A stretch of 64,000 nt of DNA from Bryobacterales bacterium (GTDB taxonomy: Bacteria; Acidobacteriota; Terriglobia; Bryobacterales; Bryobacteraceae): positions 127,761-191,760 of the forward strand of contig CAWCJP010000012.1 of assembly GCA_963795925.1 (NCBI GenBank), given 5' to 3'. A model generated the notes under the pieces. That model saw nothing but the letters and a program-made list of their open reading frames with translations. It was not told the DNA's origin and did not search any database. Below, in pieces: positions 30,040 through 38,212 of this stretch (the first letter of the stretch is position 1; the number at the start of each line of letters is the position of its first letter). Position numbers and translations under genes: made by a program.

Positions 30040-31299
30040 TTACTGTTTGCCGATCGAGTATAGAAACTTCGCCGTCCGCATCAGGATGTGGCCGTCCGAA
30101 ATAGCGGGCGAACTGAGCGTATAGTCGTTCAGATCGTTCTCGGCTATTACTTCAAACTGCGGTCCGGCCTTCACCACCGTAGTGAGCCCTTCCTCGTTGG
30201 TGATGTAGAGCTTGCCATCCGCCAACACTGGCGACGCGCTGTAAATCGCGGATTTGATGCGCTTGCCGCCCCAAACTTCTTCGCCGGTCCGCGCATTCAG
30301 GCACCACAGGATCCCGCGGTCGTTCACCGAATAGAAGTACTTGCCGTCCGTGACCGGCGTGGGCACGTCCGGTCCATTCATGAACTCCCACAGCTTGTGC
30401 GACTGCGAAACGTCGCCGCGCCCGCCCGCGCGAAACGCGATCAAAGGCTTCACGCGCGTGGGCGCGTAGACCACATCGTCATACACCACCGGCGATGCGA
30501 TAATCCGGTACGCCGGGTTCTTGTCCGGATTGAAGCCCGTGGCGCGCCATAACTCCGCGCCGGTCGCCGGATCGTGGCCGGTGATACAGTCGCCGCCGGT
30601 CACCACGATCTCCACATGATTGCCGTAGCGCAGCAGCGCGGGCGTGGTGTAGGAATCCGGCGACTCGCGAATCGCATCCGTAGGCCGCACCACGCGCCAG
30701 ACTGTCTTGCCGGTCTTCTTATCGATGCGCAGGATGTACGACGGATCGTGCGTCTTCATCCCGTGCAGCACCTGCACATAGAGCGCATCCTCGTAGAGCA
30801 GCGGCGAAGACGCATAGCCCCAGTTCAGCCCGAACCTGCCGTAGTCCTTCTGGATATCGCGCGCCCACAGTTCATTGCCGTTGACGTCGAAGCCCTTCAG
30901 TACGCCGATCCCGGTCATGGCATAGACGCCCTGGCCATCCGTCACCGGCGAAGGCGACGACATGTTCTGCTTGTTGATCTTGTAATTGCCGGTGGCGATC
31001 GGTTTCTTCCAGATAGGCGTTCCCTTAGCCTTGTCGACGCACCACAGATACAGGTCGTCGCCGTCCGCCACGTTGAGGAAGACGTGGTTACCCCAAACGA
31101 TGGGCGTCGCGCCGGACTTTTCGGGCATCGCCAGTTTCCAGGCGATATTTTCGGTGACGCTCCAGTGGACCGGAAGGTTCTTCTCGTTGCTGATGCCGTT
31201 CAAGGATGGGCCGCGCCACTGGGGCCAATCCTCCCCGATCGCGGGAGCCGCAATCGTCGCGAGCAACACCAAAAGCAACCGCGCCTGGCCCGTGCTCAT
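30040..31299 (-). CDS. PQQ-like beta-propeller repeat protein (BamB/quinoprotein-like fold)
   Basis: ATG 31299 has AAGGAG 6 nt upstream. Signal peptide MSTGQARLLLVLLATIAAPAIG, then EDWPQWRGPSLNG. Propeller blades repeat. The gene is intact. Confidence 0.8.
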   Translation of the reverse strand: MSTGQARLLLVLLATIAAPAIGEDWPQWRGPSLNGISNEKNLPVHWSVTENIAWKLAMPEKSGATPIVWGNHVFLNVADGDDLYLWCVDKAKGTPIWKKPIATGNYKINKQNMSSPSPVTDGQGVYAMTGIGVLKGFDVNGNELWARDIQKDYGRFGLNWGYASSPLLYEDALYVQVLHGMKTHDPSYILRIDKKTGKTVWRVVRPTDAIRESPDSYTTPALLRYGNHVEIVVTGGDCITGHDPATGAELWRATGFNPDKNPAYRIIASPVVYDDVVYAPTRVKPLIAFRAGGRGDVSQSHKLWEFMNGPDVPTPVTDGKYFYSVNDRGILWCLNARTGEEVWGGKRIKSAIYSASPVLADGKLYITNEEGLTTVVKAGPQFEVIAENDLNDYTLSSPAISDGHILMRTAKFLYSIGKQ

Positions 31300-31479
31300 T
31301 CCGGCTCCTTTATGGATCATCATACAGGACCGGAAGGTACCCGTCACCTCCCTTGAGCCGCATCGGCTGTTCGGCTTTCCAATACATGTGCCAGATTACT
31401 GAGGCTCGTTGAGCAAGAGGAAGGCCACTAACAAAAGAAAGCGCTGACCTGGACGGGTCCTCGGGGTAGGCTCAAAGGT

Positions 31480-31731
31480 ATGGACAGCTTCCGCATCGGA
31501 ATGCGGCGTCTTGGGGTAGTGGCCGGTGTAATCTTCGGGGCGTTCTGCGGAATGATCGCTCTCCGCGGGAGTCGTGAGAATTTGGACCAAGCCGCGGTCG
31601 CCACGTTCGTCGGCTTCGCGCTGCCTTATGCGCTTGCTTGGTCAGTAGGCTGGATACACGCGGGCTTCGTACGTCGCAAGGAAGGAGGGTCACCTTCAGA
31701 TCTGCCCAGCCGATCCTCTGCGCCCAAATAG
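31480..31731 (+). CDS. hypothetical small protein with two predicted TM helices
   Basis: 83 aa. TM helices: LGVVAGVIFGAFCGMIAL and AAVATFVGFALPYALAWSVGWIHAGF. Charged tail: RRKEGGSPSDLPSRSSAPK. Its strand is opposite to the flanking PQQ genes. Confidence 0.4.
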   Translation: MDSFRIGMRRLGVVAGVIFGAFCGMIALRGSRENLDQAAVATFVGFALPYALAWSVGWIHAGFVRRKEGGSPSDLPSRSSAPK

Positions 31732-31982
31732 CCCGCGCGGATGGGGTCGCAGTCTCAATGGACGAAATATTATGAGTTTCAAGTATACGTACGATGTGAT
31801 TGACGGAGTGTTGACTAAAAGAGCGCCAGCGGGCCTTGGCGAAATGGGATTGCCAAGCAGCCTGTGATGCTAAGCTCACGATCGAGTTCGCCGCCATCCG
31901 ACATTGGAACCCCGCACTACTCAAGTATCAGGCTCGCCGATCGACGAGCTTTCCACGGCCACTGGATTCAAAGTGCACAATA

Positions 31983-32633
31983 ATGCTTGACATGAAAAAG
32001 CCCTTCCGAGCCGTACGCATCAGCTCGCGCGACGAATTCGAATGGCTGGTAGAGCACTTAACACACGAAGCGTTTCGCGTGCGCGACCACTGGGAGTTCT
32101 GGGGCGCCTTTGACAAGTCTTTCGATCAATATTCACTCGAACTGAATCAGACGCCAAATTTTTGGAGACTGACGCGCCAAGCACACAAGGACGTTGTGAT
32201 TCTTCGCTTGGGGCGCCTGTACGATCCCCACGTCGCTTCAATCAGCTTGGGCAATTTGCTGCAGACGATCAAAGAGAACGCCGTTGCGCCATCCACTCCG
32301 CTCCCGCTGGCTGCCGCCAACCTAGACCTTTCGAAACTCGATGTGGAAATGTCGAGCGTTTCGGAACGCGATGCGACGGTAAAGAAATTGCTTACCTTGC
32401 GGAACGAGTACCTCGCCCATCGGGGATCGCGGCACGTTGCAAGAGGCACATTCGCGTCGCTCCCAACCCTGGAACGCGATGAGATCGCGACACTGTTGAG
32501 CCGCGCGCTAGAAATTCTTCGAAAGTACAGAGAGCTTTTGGGATTCCGGCAAATACTTTGGGGGAACCACGAAGTACGGGATTTCCAAGCGCTCCTAGCG
32601 CTACTACGGGCTGGTCTACAGTCGCTCTCGTAA
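31983..32633 (+). CDS. HEPN-domain protein, AbiU2-like (candidate abortive-infection RNase)
   Basis: About 216 aa from ATG 31983; the ORF stays open back to 31836. FWRLTRQAHKDVVILRLGRLYDP is followed by VKKLLTLRNEYLAHRG, which is an R-x5-H / R-N-x3-A-H HEPN signature. Three hand-counted lines give GC of 55, 45 and 57%. Confidence 0.55.
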   Translation: MLDMKKPFRAVRISSRDEFEWLVEHLTHEAFRVRDHWEFWGAFDKSFDQYSLELNQTPNFWRLTRQAHKDVVILRLGRLYDPHVASISLGNLLQTIKENAVAPSTPLPLAAANLDLSKLDVEMSSVSERDATVKKLLTLRNEYLAHRGSRHVARGTFASLPTLERDEIATLLSRALEILRKYRELLGFRQILWGNHEVRDFQALLALLRAGLQSLS

Positions 32634-32766
32634 CGGAGAATGCATCGTTGACAAGGTGACTAGCCGACTGAATTAGCTTGTTCGTGAACGAACGTCCGCA
32701 CGGTTGCATGCTAAATTTGGCGGTCACCCGATGTTAGCCTAATCTGGACCCACAAGTCGTCTTGCG

Positions 32767-32775
32767 GTTTCCAAG
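32767..32775. repeat. 9-bp target-site duplication GTTTCCAAG (left) of IS copy 1
   Basis: The identical 9-mer recurs at 34609-34617, immediately outside the IS ends. Confidence 0.85.
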
Positions 32776-32869
32776 GGGTGCGCGACACAAAATGGAACGG
32801 CAGGGCCACTTTCTTTTTTTGTGGCCTTAAACCTAGCGTAGTAGTACGCTAGGTATTAGGAGGTTCCCA

Positions 32870-33268
32870 ATGACCGAAGCTCTTTCCGCGCTCGAAGCTC
32901 AGCGCGCGCAGACACAGTTCCAGATCAGTCGACTCGGCGATATGCGTTCTGGGTCGATTACCAGCACGGGCGGACGATGTGGCAACCCAGGGTGCCACTG
33001 CCGCCGGCCCGATGACCCGGGCCATGGCCCTTTCTATCGCTTGACCCGCAAAGTCAATGGAAAATCCGTTACGGAGACCTTTAGCACAGCGACGGCTCTG
33101 CGCAAGGCTCAGCAGGAAGTCGAAGAGTTCCATCGCTTCCGTCAGCTCGGTCACGATCTGTTGGAAGTCAACGAGAAAATCTGCAAGTTGCGGCCGGTGG
33201 AGGACACTTTGACCGCACAGGAAAAAAAACAGCAGAAGCGATCCAACAAGAAGTCGCCCAAGAAGTAG
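32870..33268 (+). CDS. IS orfA: small Cys/His-containing (zinc-ribbon-like) protein, probably the transposase N-terminal DNA-binding part
   Basis: 132 aa with an AGGAGG ribosome-binding site. It contains GRCGNPGCHCRRPDDPGHGPFYRLTRKVNGKSV and a basic tail. The ORF ends 40 nt after an A8 run. Confidence 0.75.
   Translation: MTEALSALEAQRAQTQFQISRLGDMRSGSITSTGGRCGNPGCHCRRPDDPGHGPFYRLTRKVNGKSVTETFSTATALRKAQQEVEEFHRFRQLGHDLLEVNEKICKLRPVEDTLTAQEKKQQKRSNKKSPKK
33223..33229 (+). other. candidate -1 programmed ribosomal frameshift heptamer A_AAA_AAA
   Basis: In the orfA frame the codons are GAA AAA AAA CAG. Frame -1 is open from 33085 through to the transposase ORF (KKTAEAIQQEVAQEVGRTVQIVLGDWHKTGTIDLEAVEMLV...). 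Confidence 0.45.
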
Positions 33269-33336
33269 GTCGGACGGTACAGATCGTCCTCGGCGATTGG
33301 CATAAGACCGGCACGATCGATCTTGAGGCCGTCGAG

Positions 33337-34581
33337 ATGCTGGTGCGGGACTCTATGCACCACGCCGGGGCAATAGCCATGCAGCGGTTGTTGTGTATGC
33401 CGGCGGCGCACGACCGCCAAGTCCCCTGCGGCTGCGGTCAGCAAGCTCGATACCGCGAAACGCGCCCGAAGCAGATCCTGACCATGCTGGGGCCTGTGGT
33501 CTACGATCGAGCCTACTATCTCTGTCCGAGTTGCCATCAAGGACACAGTCCCCGCGATCGGGAACTTGACGTAGTCGGGACGGAGTGTTCGCCCGGCGTG
33601 CGACGTATGATGGCCATGGTAGGAAGCGAGACCAGCTTCGATAGTGGCCGCCAACGGCTGCACCTGCTGGCCGGCCTGGAGGTCACTACCAAAGCTGTCG
33701 AACGCCACGCCGAAGCCATCGGTGCCGATATCGCCGAACGGGAACAGGCCCAGCGAGATCGCATCGTGCAATTGGAGTTTCCCGACATCTTGGGCGCTGC
33801 CGTTCCCGTGCTGGTCGTCGAAATGGATGGCACCCAATTGCCGATGGTACACGCCGAGTTGGAAGGGCGCGCCGGCAGATCCCAGGGGCAGCCGGCACGC
33901 ACCCGGGAAGTCAAACTCGGGTGTGTCTTCACCCACACCACCACCGACGCGGAAGGCCGACCCATTCGGGATGCCGCTTCCACCACCTATACCGGGGCCA
34001 TCGAAACTGCTGAACTGTTTGGCCGTCGGCTCTACGCCGAAGCCTTCGAACGGGGATGGGATCGGGCCAAAAGGAAAGTGGTGCTGGGCGACGGTGCCGA
34101 GTGGATCTGGAATATCGCAGACCAGCATTTTGCTGGCGCCATTCAGATCATCGACATCTGGCACGCGCGCGAGCATCTCTGGGATGTAGCCGCTAAGTTA
34201 TTTCCCTCCGACGAGAAGCAACGGAAGCGTTGGGCCAAGAAGCTAATCCAAAAACTAAACCGAGGCAGAGTCGAAAACGTCGTCAGTGAACTGCGCAGCT
34301 TCCCCACACGCAAGGCACAGTTACGCGATGAGCTTCGTATCCAAGCCGACTACTTCGAACGGAACCGAAATCGCATGCGCTACCCCAAATTCCGCAAGCA
34401 GGGTCTATTCATAGGCTCTGGAGTCATCGAGGCAGGATGCCGAACGGTGATCGGGTCCCGTCTCAAGCAGTCCGGCATGTTCTGGACAGTGCGCGGTGCC
34501 AATGCCATCATCGCCTTGCGCTGCAACCGGCTGTCCGGCAAATTCGAGGACTACTGGGCTTCTCGCTCGGCGGCCGCCTAA
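33337..34581 (+). CDS. IS orfB: DDE transposase, ISKra4-family-like
   Basis: 414 aa from the first ATG. VLGDGAEWIWNIADQHFAGAIQIIDIWHAREHLW, then WTVRGANAIIALRCNRLSGKFEDYW. The family call is from memory of ISKra4-type transposases, not from a search. Confidence 0.75.
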   Translation: MLVRDSMHHAGAIAMQRLLCMPAAHDRQVPCGCGQQARYRETRPKQILTMLGPVVYDRAYYLCPSCHQGHSPRDRELDVVGTECSPGVRRMMAMVGSETSFDSGRQRLHLLAGLEVTTKAVERHAEAIGADIAEREQAQRDRIVQLEFPDILGAAVPVLVVEMDGTQLPMVHAELEGRAGRSQGQPARTREVKLGCVFTHTTTDAEGRPIRDAASTTYTGAIETAELFGRRLYAEAFERGWDRAKRKVVLGDGAEWIWNIADQHFAGAIQIIDIWHAREHLWDVAAKLFPSDEKQRKRWAKKLIQKLNRGRVENVVSELRSFPTRKAQLRDELRIQADYFERNRNRMRYPKFRKQGLFIGSGVIEAGCRTVIGSRLKQSGMFWTVRGANAIIALRCNRLSGKFEDYWASRSAAA

Positions 34582-34608
34582 AATCATCCACAATTATGTC
34601 GCGCACCC

Positions 34609-34617
34609 GTTTCCAAG
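34609..34617. repeat. 9-bp target-site duplication GTTTCCAAG (right) of IS copy 1
   Basis: Identical to 32767-32775. Confidence 0.85.
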
Positions 34618-34904
34618 GCATCGTTCTCGATGGTTTCGTTCCCCTGCTGCGGAAAGCCGCCAAGGGCGGTTCACGCCTCAGGAAAATCCACCGCCGCCGC
34701 CGCGGCCCATATCGCTTCAACCAACTGCAGCACCCGGCCGTTTTTCTCCCACAGTCCCCGGATCTCGGGCATGGTAGCGTAGGGCTGGCAGGGTTGATCA
34801 TGCTGCGAAAGCGAAAACGAATGAGTTACACGAAAATGGCTTTGTTTTACAACCCTTCCCCGCCGCCTCCGGAACCAATCGTGCACAAGCCGGCACAACG
34901 TCCG

Positions 34905-35081
34905 CAGGTCAAACGAAGTCGAGTGCCTGGGTTGGTAAAGGCCGATCTCGTCGCCGCCGGGCAACCGGATACTGCCTTTTCCGCCCCAGTTCTCTTCGTC
35001 GATCGTCAAGCCGAATCGAAAAGCGAGCCAAAGATGGCTGTCTTCGCCAAAATAGACCGCAAGCCAACCAAACCAAATGAG
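34905..35081 (-). pseudogene. remnant of a VOC/glyoxalase-family paralogue (C-terminal ~58 codons)
   Basis: IWFGWLAVYFGEDSHLWLAFRFGLTIDEENWGGKGSIRLPGGDEIGLYQPRHSTSFDL parallels the C-terminus of the intact gene (SVDEERWGRKTTIRLPGGGEIGLYQPRHPTALDL*). It has no start codon and has lost its stop. Confidence 0.4.
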
Positions 35082-35160
35082 TTACAAGAAAATGGCTTCG
35101 TTTAGATAACAGCCCCGCACCGGTGCCAGACGCCTAACCCTGCACAATCCCGCACAACCT

Positions 35161-35511
35161 TTACAGGTCGAGCGCCGTCGGATGCCTAGGCTGGTAAAGC
35201 CCGATCTCCCCGCCGCCCGGCAACCGGATCGTCGTCTTCCGTCCCCAGCGTTCTTCGTCAACCGAACCGCAAGTAACCTTCTTATCCCCCAGCGACTTGA
35301 TCATCGCGTCCAGATCCTCGCACATCAAATACAGCTCCGCGCGATCCGGACCCTCGGTCGGATGCACGGCCCCCTCCGCAACCGGCAGTTTGAAAATCAG
35401 CCAGCCGTGCCCCGCGTCCACCGACGGAAATTCCAACACGTCCCGCAGAAAAGCCCGATCCGCCTCCGCATTGTTGCTGTAAAGGATAACGTGCGCACCC
35501 ATGAACTTCAT
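35161..35511 (-). CDS. VOC (glyoxalase/bleomycin-resistance/dioxygenase) family protein
   Basis: 116 aa: MKFMGAHVILYSNNAEADRAFLRDVLEFPSVDAGHGWLIFKLP...ELYLMCEDLDAMIKSL. Confidence 0.8.
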   Translation of the reverse strand: MKFMGAHVILYSNNAEADRAFLRDVLEFPSVDAGHGWLIFKLPVAEGAVHPTEGPDRAELYLMCEDLDAMIKSLGDKKVTCGSVDEERWGRKTTIRLPGGGEIGLYQPRHPTALDL

Positions 35512-36835
35512 TTACTTGGCTCCTATCGCGAACAGGTGCTTGCCGCCCCGCATGTACAGCACGCCGCCGGCAATGGCCGGCGTCGCCATCACCGTCTCGC
35601 CCAGATCGTTTTCGGCGATCAGCTTGTACTGGCTGCCCAGCGCCAACACGAAACTGTGGCCTTCTTCGTTCGTGATGTACAGATGGCCGCCTGCGGCCAC
35701 GGGCGAGCTGGTGAATCCGGATGTCCCGCCGCCCAAACGCTGCTGATACTGGCGCTCCCCGGTGGCCATCTTATAGACGCTCAGCACGCCGGAGTCGAAG
35801 CAGAAATAACCCAGGCCGTCGTCGAGCAGCGGCGTCTGCATGTAGTTCCCGCCGCGCTCCTCCGTCCAGGCGATGGCCGTCTTGCTGTCGGTGATGTCGC
35901 CGGCCGCATCCGTGCGGATGGCAAAAATCGGCCGGCCCTTGCCGTGCGCATTGGTGACCACCACCAGGCCATCCTCAAACACCGGCGTGGGCACCGGGAT
36001 ATCGCCGCCGCCCTTCAGGCTCCACAATTCTTTGCCGGTCTTCAGATCGTAGCCGGCGATGTGCTTCCATCCGTTCACCACCACCTGCCATGCTCTGGGC
36101 GCCCCCCGCCGTATAAGGCCCCACCGCGGGCGAGCCGAACGTCGGCACATCGTTGCGCGGCGTGCGCCACAGTTCTTTTCCGGTCTCGATGTCGAGCGCC
36201 GCCACGAACGAATTCTTCTGCACGTCGGCCTGAATGATGACCATCTTGTCGTAGATCACCGGCGAGCTGGCGAATCCCCACTGCGCGCCGGGCACCATGT
36301 AGAAGCCGGAATCCAGCACGCCGAAATCTTTCTTCCAAAGCAGCTTGCCTTTCAGGTCGTAAGTGAACAGCCCTTCGGAGCCGAAGAAGACCACCAGATG
36401 TTTGCCGTCGGTCGCGGGCGTGGGGTTGGCGTGCGTCGATTTCGGGTGCCGCATGATCTTCGGCTGCTCGTTGGCCGCCACCTGTTGCCACAGAATCTTG
36501 CCGGTCTTGCGATCCAGGCAATACACGTTGAAGCTCTGCGCGGGCTCGCCCTTGACCGGCGCGATGTCGCCGTACAAGCCGACTTTCAGCGCCGACTCAC
36601 CGCTGGCCGGGACCGCGCTGGTGACGAAGATGCGGTCGCCCCAGACGACCGGGCTGGAGTGTCCCAGACCCGGAATCGCGGTCTTCCAGCGGATATTCTT
36701 GCCGGACTCCACATTCCATTCCGTGGGAGGGTCGCCGGCGCCCACCCCACTGGCGGAGGGTCCGCGGAATTGCGGCCAATTGGCGTCGGCGGCCAGAGCA
36801 GCCAGAGCCACAAGGTAGATCGTGCAAAGTTTCAT
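35512..36835 (-). pseudogene. PQQ-like beta-propeller repeat protein, paralogue 2; one frame break near 36090
   Basis: Signal peptide MKLCTIYLVALAALAADA, then NWPQFRGPSASG. The two ORF pieces 35975-37006 and 35512-36150 join around YTAGGAQ|AWQVVVNGWKHIAGYDLKTGKELW. Confidence 0.8.
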
Positions 36836-36845
36836 GGATTCCAGT

Positions 36846-38145
36846 CTATCGCGCCAGATCGTACACCGCGATGGTCTTCCGGTCGCGCAGGTAAAGCCGG
36901 GTGCCCACCAGCGTGGGCGGCGTCCAGGAGATGCTCTGCAGTATGGAAGCCTTCGATAGCACTTCGAACTTCTGCGGAGTCGCTCTGCACAGCGCCAGCG
37001 TGCCATCCTGATCGGCCAGGATCAGCTTGCCATCCGCCCACAGCAATTGCGCCTTGGCAAAGCCGCGCTCCTGCCACATGATCTTGCCGGTCTTCAATTC
37101 CACGCAGGTCATCAGCACCGGACCGTTGTAGCCCCGCGAGATGTACACGTAGCCGTCGCGCTGGATGGCCGTGCCGATGTGCAGCTCCAGGTGCGGATCG
37201 TACCAAAGCTGTTCCACTTTGGTTTTGCCGCCGGATTGGCTCAGGTGCAGCACGCGCGCGCCCGTGCCGTACGCCGAAGCCACGAACAGCAGGTTGCCGG
37301 GCGCCCAGACGGGCGTGCTGATCGCCAACCCGTAGTTAGTAACATGCTCATGCGACCAAAGCAGCGCGCCATTGTCGGGATTGAAGCCGAACACGGTCTT
37401 AGCCGCCAGCACCACCACTTGCGTCTGCCCGTCTACGTTAATCAGCAGCGGCGAGGAATACGAGTTGGTGAACTGCAGCGCCTTCCAAACCACTGCGCCG
37501 TCGCTCTGGCGGAACGCGATCACGCCGTCGCCCGCGCCGCCGGCCTGGTAGATCAGCGTGTCTTTGTAGGGCAGGGCATGGCAGGCATAGCCGAATCCGA
37601 GATGGCTCGCGTGGAACTCATTGTACAGATCGTGCGACCATTTGGGCTTCCCGGTCTTCTTGTCCAGCGAATGGATCTTGCCCGTCCCGCTGGCGGTGAC
37701 CAGGCGGTCGCCGACCACCTGTGGCATGGCGTAGGGGCCGGGCCCCACAGCCTCCGAATAGTCGTTGGTGAACGGGTTGTCGTAGGCGTATTCCCAGATC
37801 GTCTTGCCGGTGGCCGCATCGAGCGCGGTGATCACATCTTGCGTACCGCGGCGAAACGCCGTGTACAGCACTGCCGCCTTCCTCCGCGATCGCCGAGTAG
37901 CCGTCGCCCAGCGGCCGGCTCCAGATCCTCTTCGGACCGGCGGCCGGCCAGGAGTCGGCCAAGCCGGAGGTATTGACGATGAAATCGCGGTTCTTGCCGC
38001 CCCATGTCAGCCAATCTTCCCCAACAGCGGCTGCTTTGGCCGGCGCTTTCGAGGCCGCTTTGGGCGCCGCTTTCTTGTGGGCAGTCTGGCCCGAAATAGC
38101 CAGTGCCGCGAAAGACACAATGAGAGCGATGCGCATGTGCAGCAT
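36846..38145 (-). pseudogene. PQQ-like beta-propeller repeat protein, paralogue 3; one frame break near 37875
   Basis: The N-terminus [20 protein letters not shown]...[16 protein letters not shown]...[13 protein letters not shown] joins the 341-aa ORF at VLYTAFRRGTQDVITALDAATGKTIWEY... . Confidence 0.8.
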
Positions 38146-38212
38146 GTTCGATTGGACGCGCAAACGCGTCGTTTGTTCCAAAATGCCTATAATGAAACCG
38201 GAGGTCTCACTT

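Larger units (their letters stand above)
32776..34608 (+). mobile_element. insertion sequence, ISKra4-like, copy 1 (1,833 bp)
   Basis: The segment recurs at 48271-50103 (offset 15,495), and every six-frame ORF translation is identical. The ends are GGGTGCGCGACA...TGTCGCGCACCC: a 12-bp perfect terminal inverted repeat that is imperfect out to about 22 bp. It carries two ORFs and is flanked by a 9-bp direct repeat. Confidence 0.9.

Noticed and set aside
31772-31867. 31-aa ORF (MSFKYTYDVIDGVLTKRAPAGLGEMGLPSSL) between the 2-TM ORF and the HEPN gene, considered as a possible antitoxin.
   Set aside because: It is too short, has no ribosome-binding site, and nothing is recognisable. I mention it only because HEPN toxins often have small partners, so it is worth a look if expression data exist.
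31472-31924. 150-aa minus-strand ORF across the central islet.
   Set aside because: It overlaps the 2-TM ORF in antisense, has an Arg/Ser-rich composition without motifs, and has no ribosome-binding site.
33151-34176. 341-aa minus-strand ORF inside the IS, also present at 48646-49671.
   Set aside because: It is antisense to the transposase ORF, which carries the recognisable DDE-type motifs. Its composition looks non-coding (Gly/Pro/Ala-rich with no motifs).
34671-35009. 112-aa minus-strand ORF considered as a real gene downstream of IS copy 1.
   Set aside because: It is a chimera. Its first third is the decayed VOC C-terminus that has lost its stop; the rest is read-through into non-coding sequence. 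I looked for a short ORF (MPEIRGLWEKNG...) possibly disrupted by the IS, but it needs an extra frameshift and has no recognisable family.
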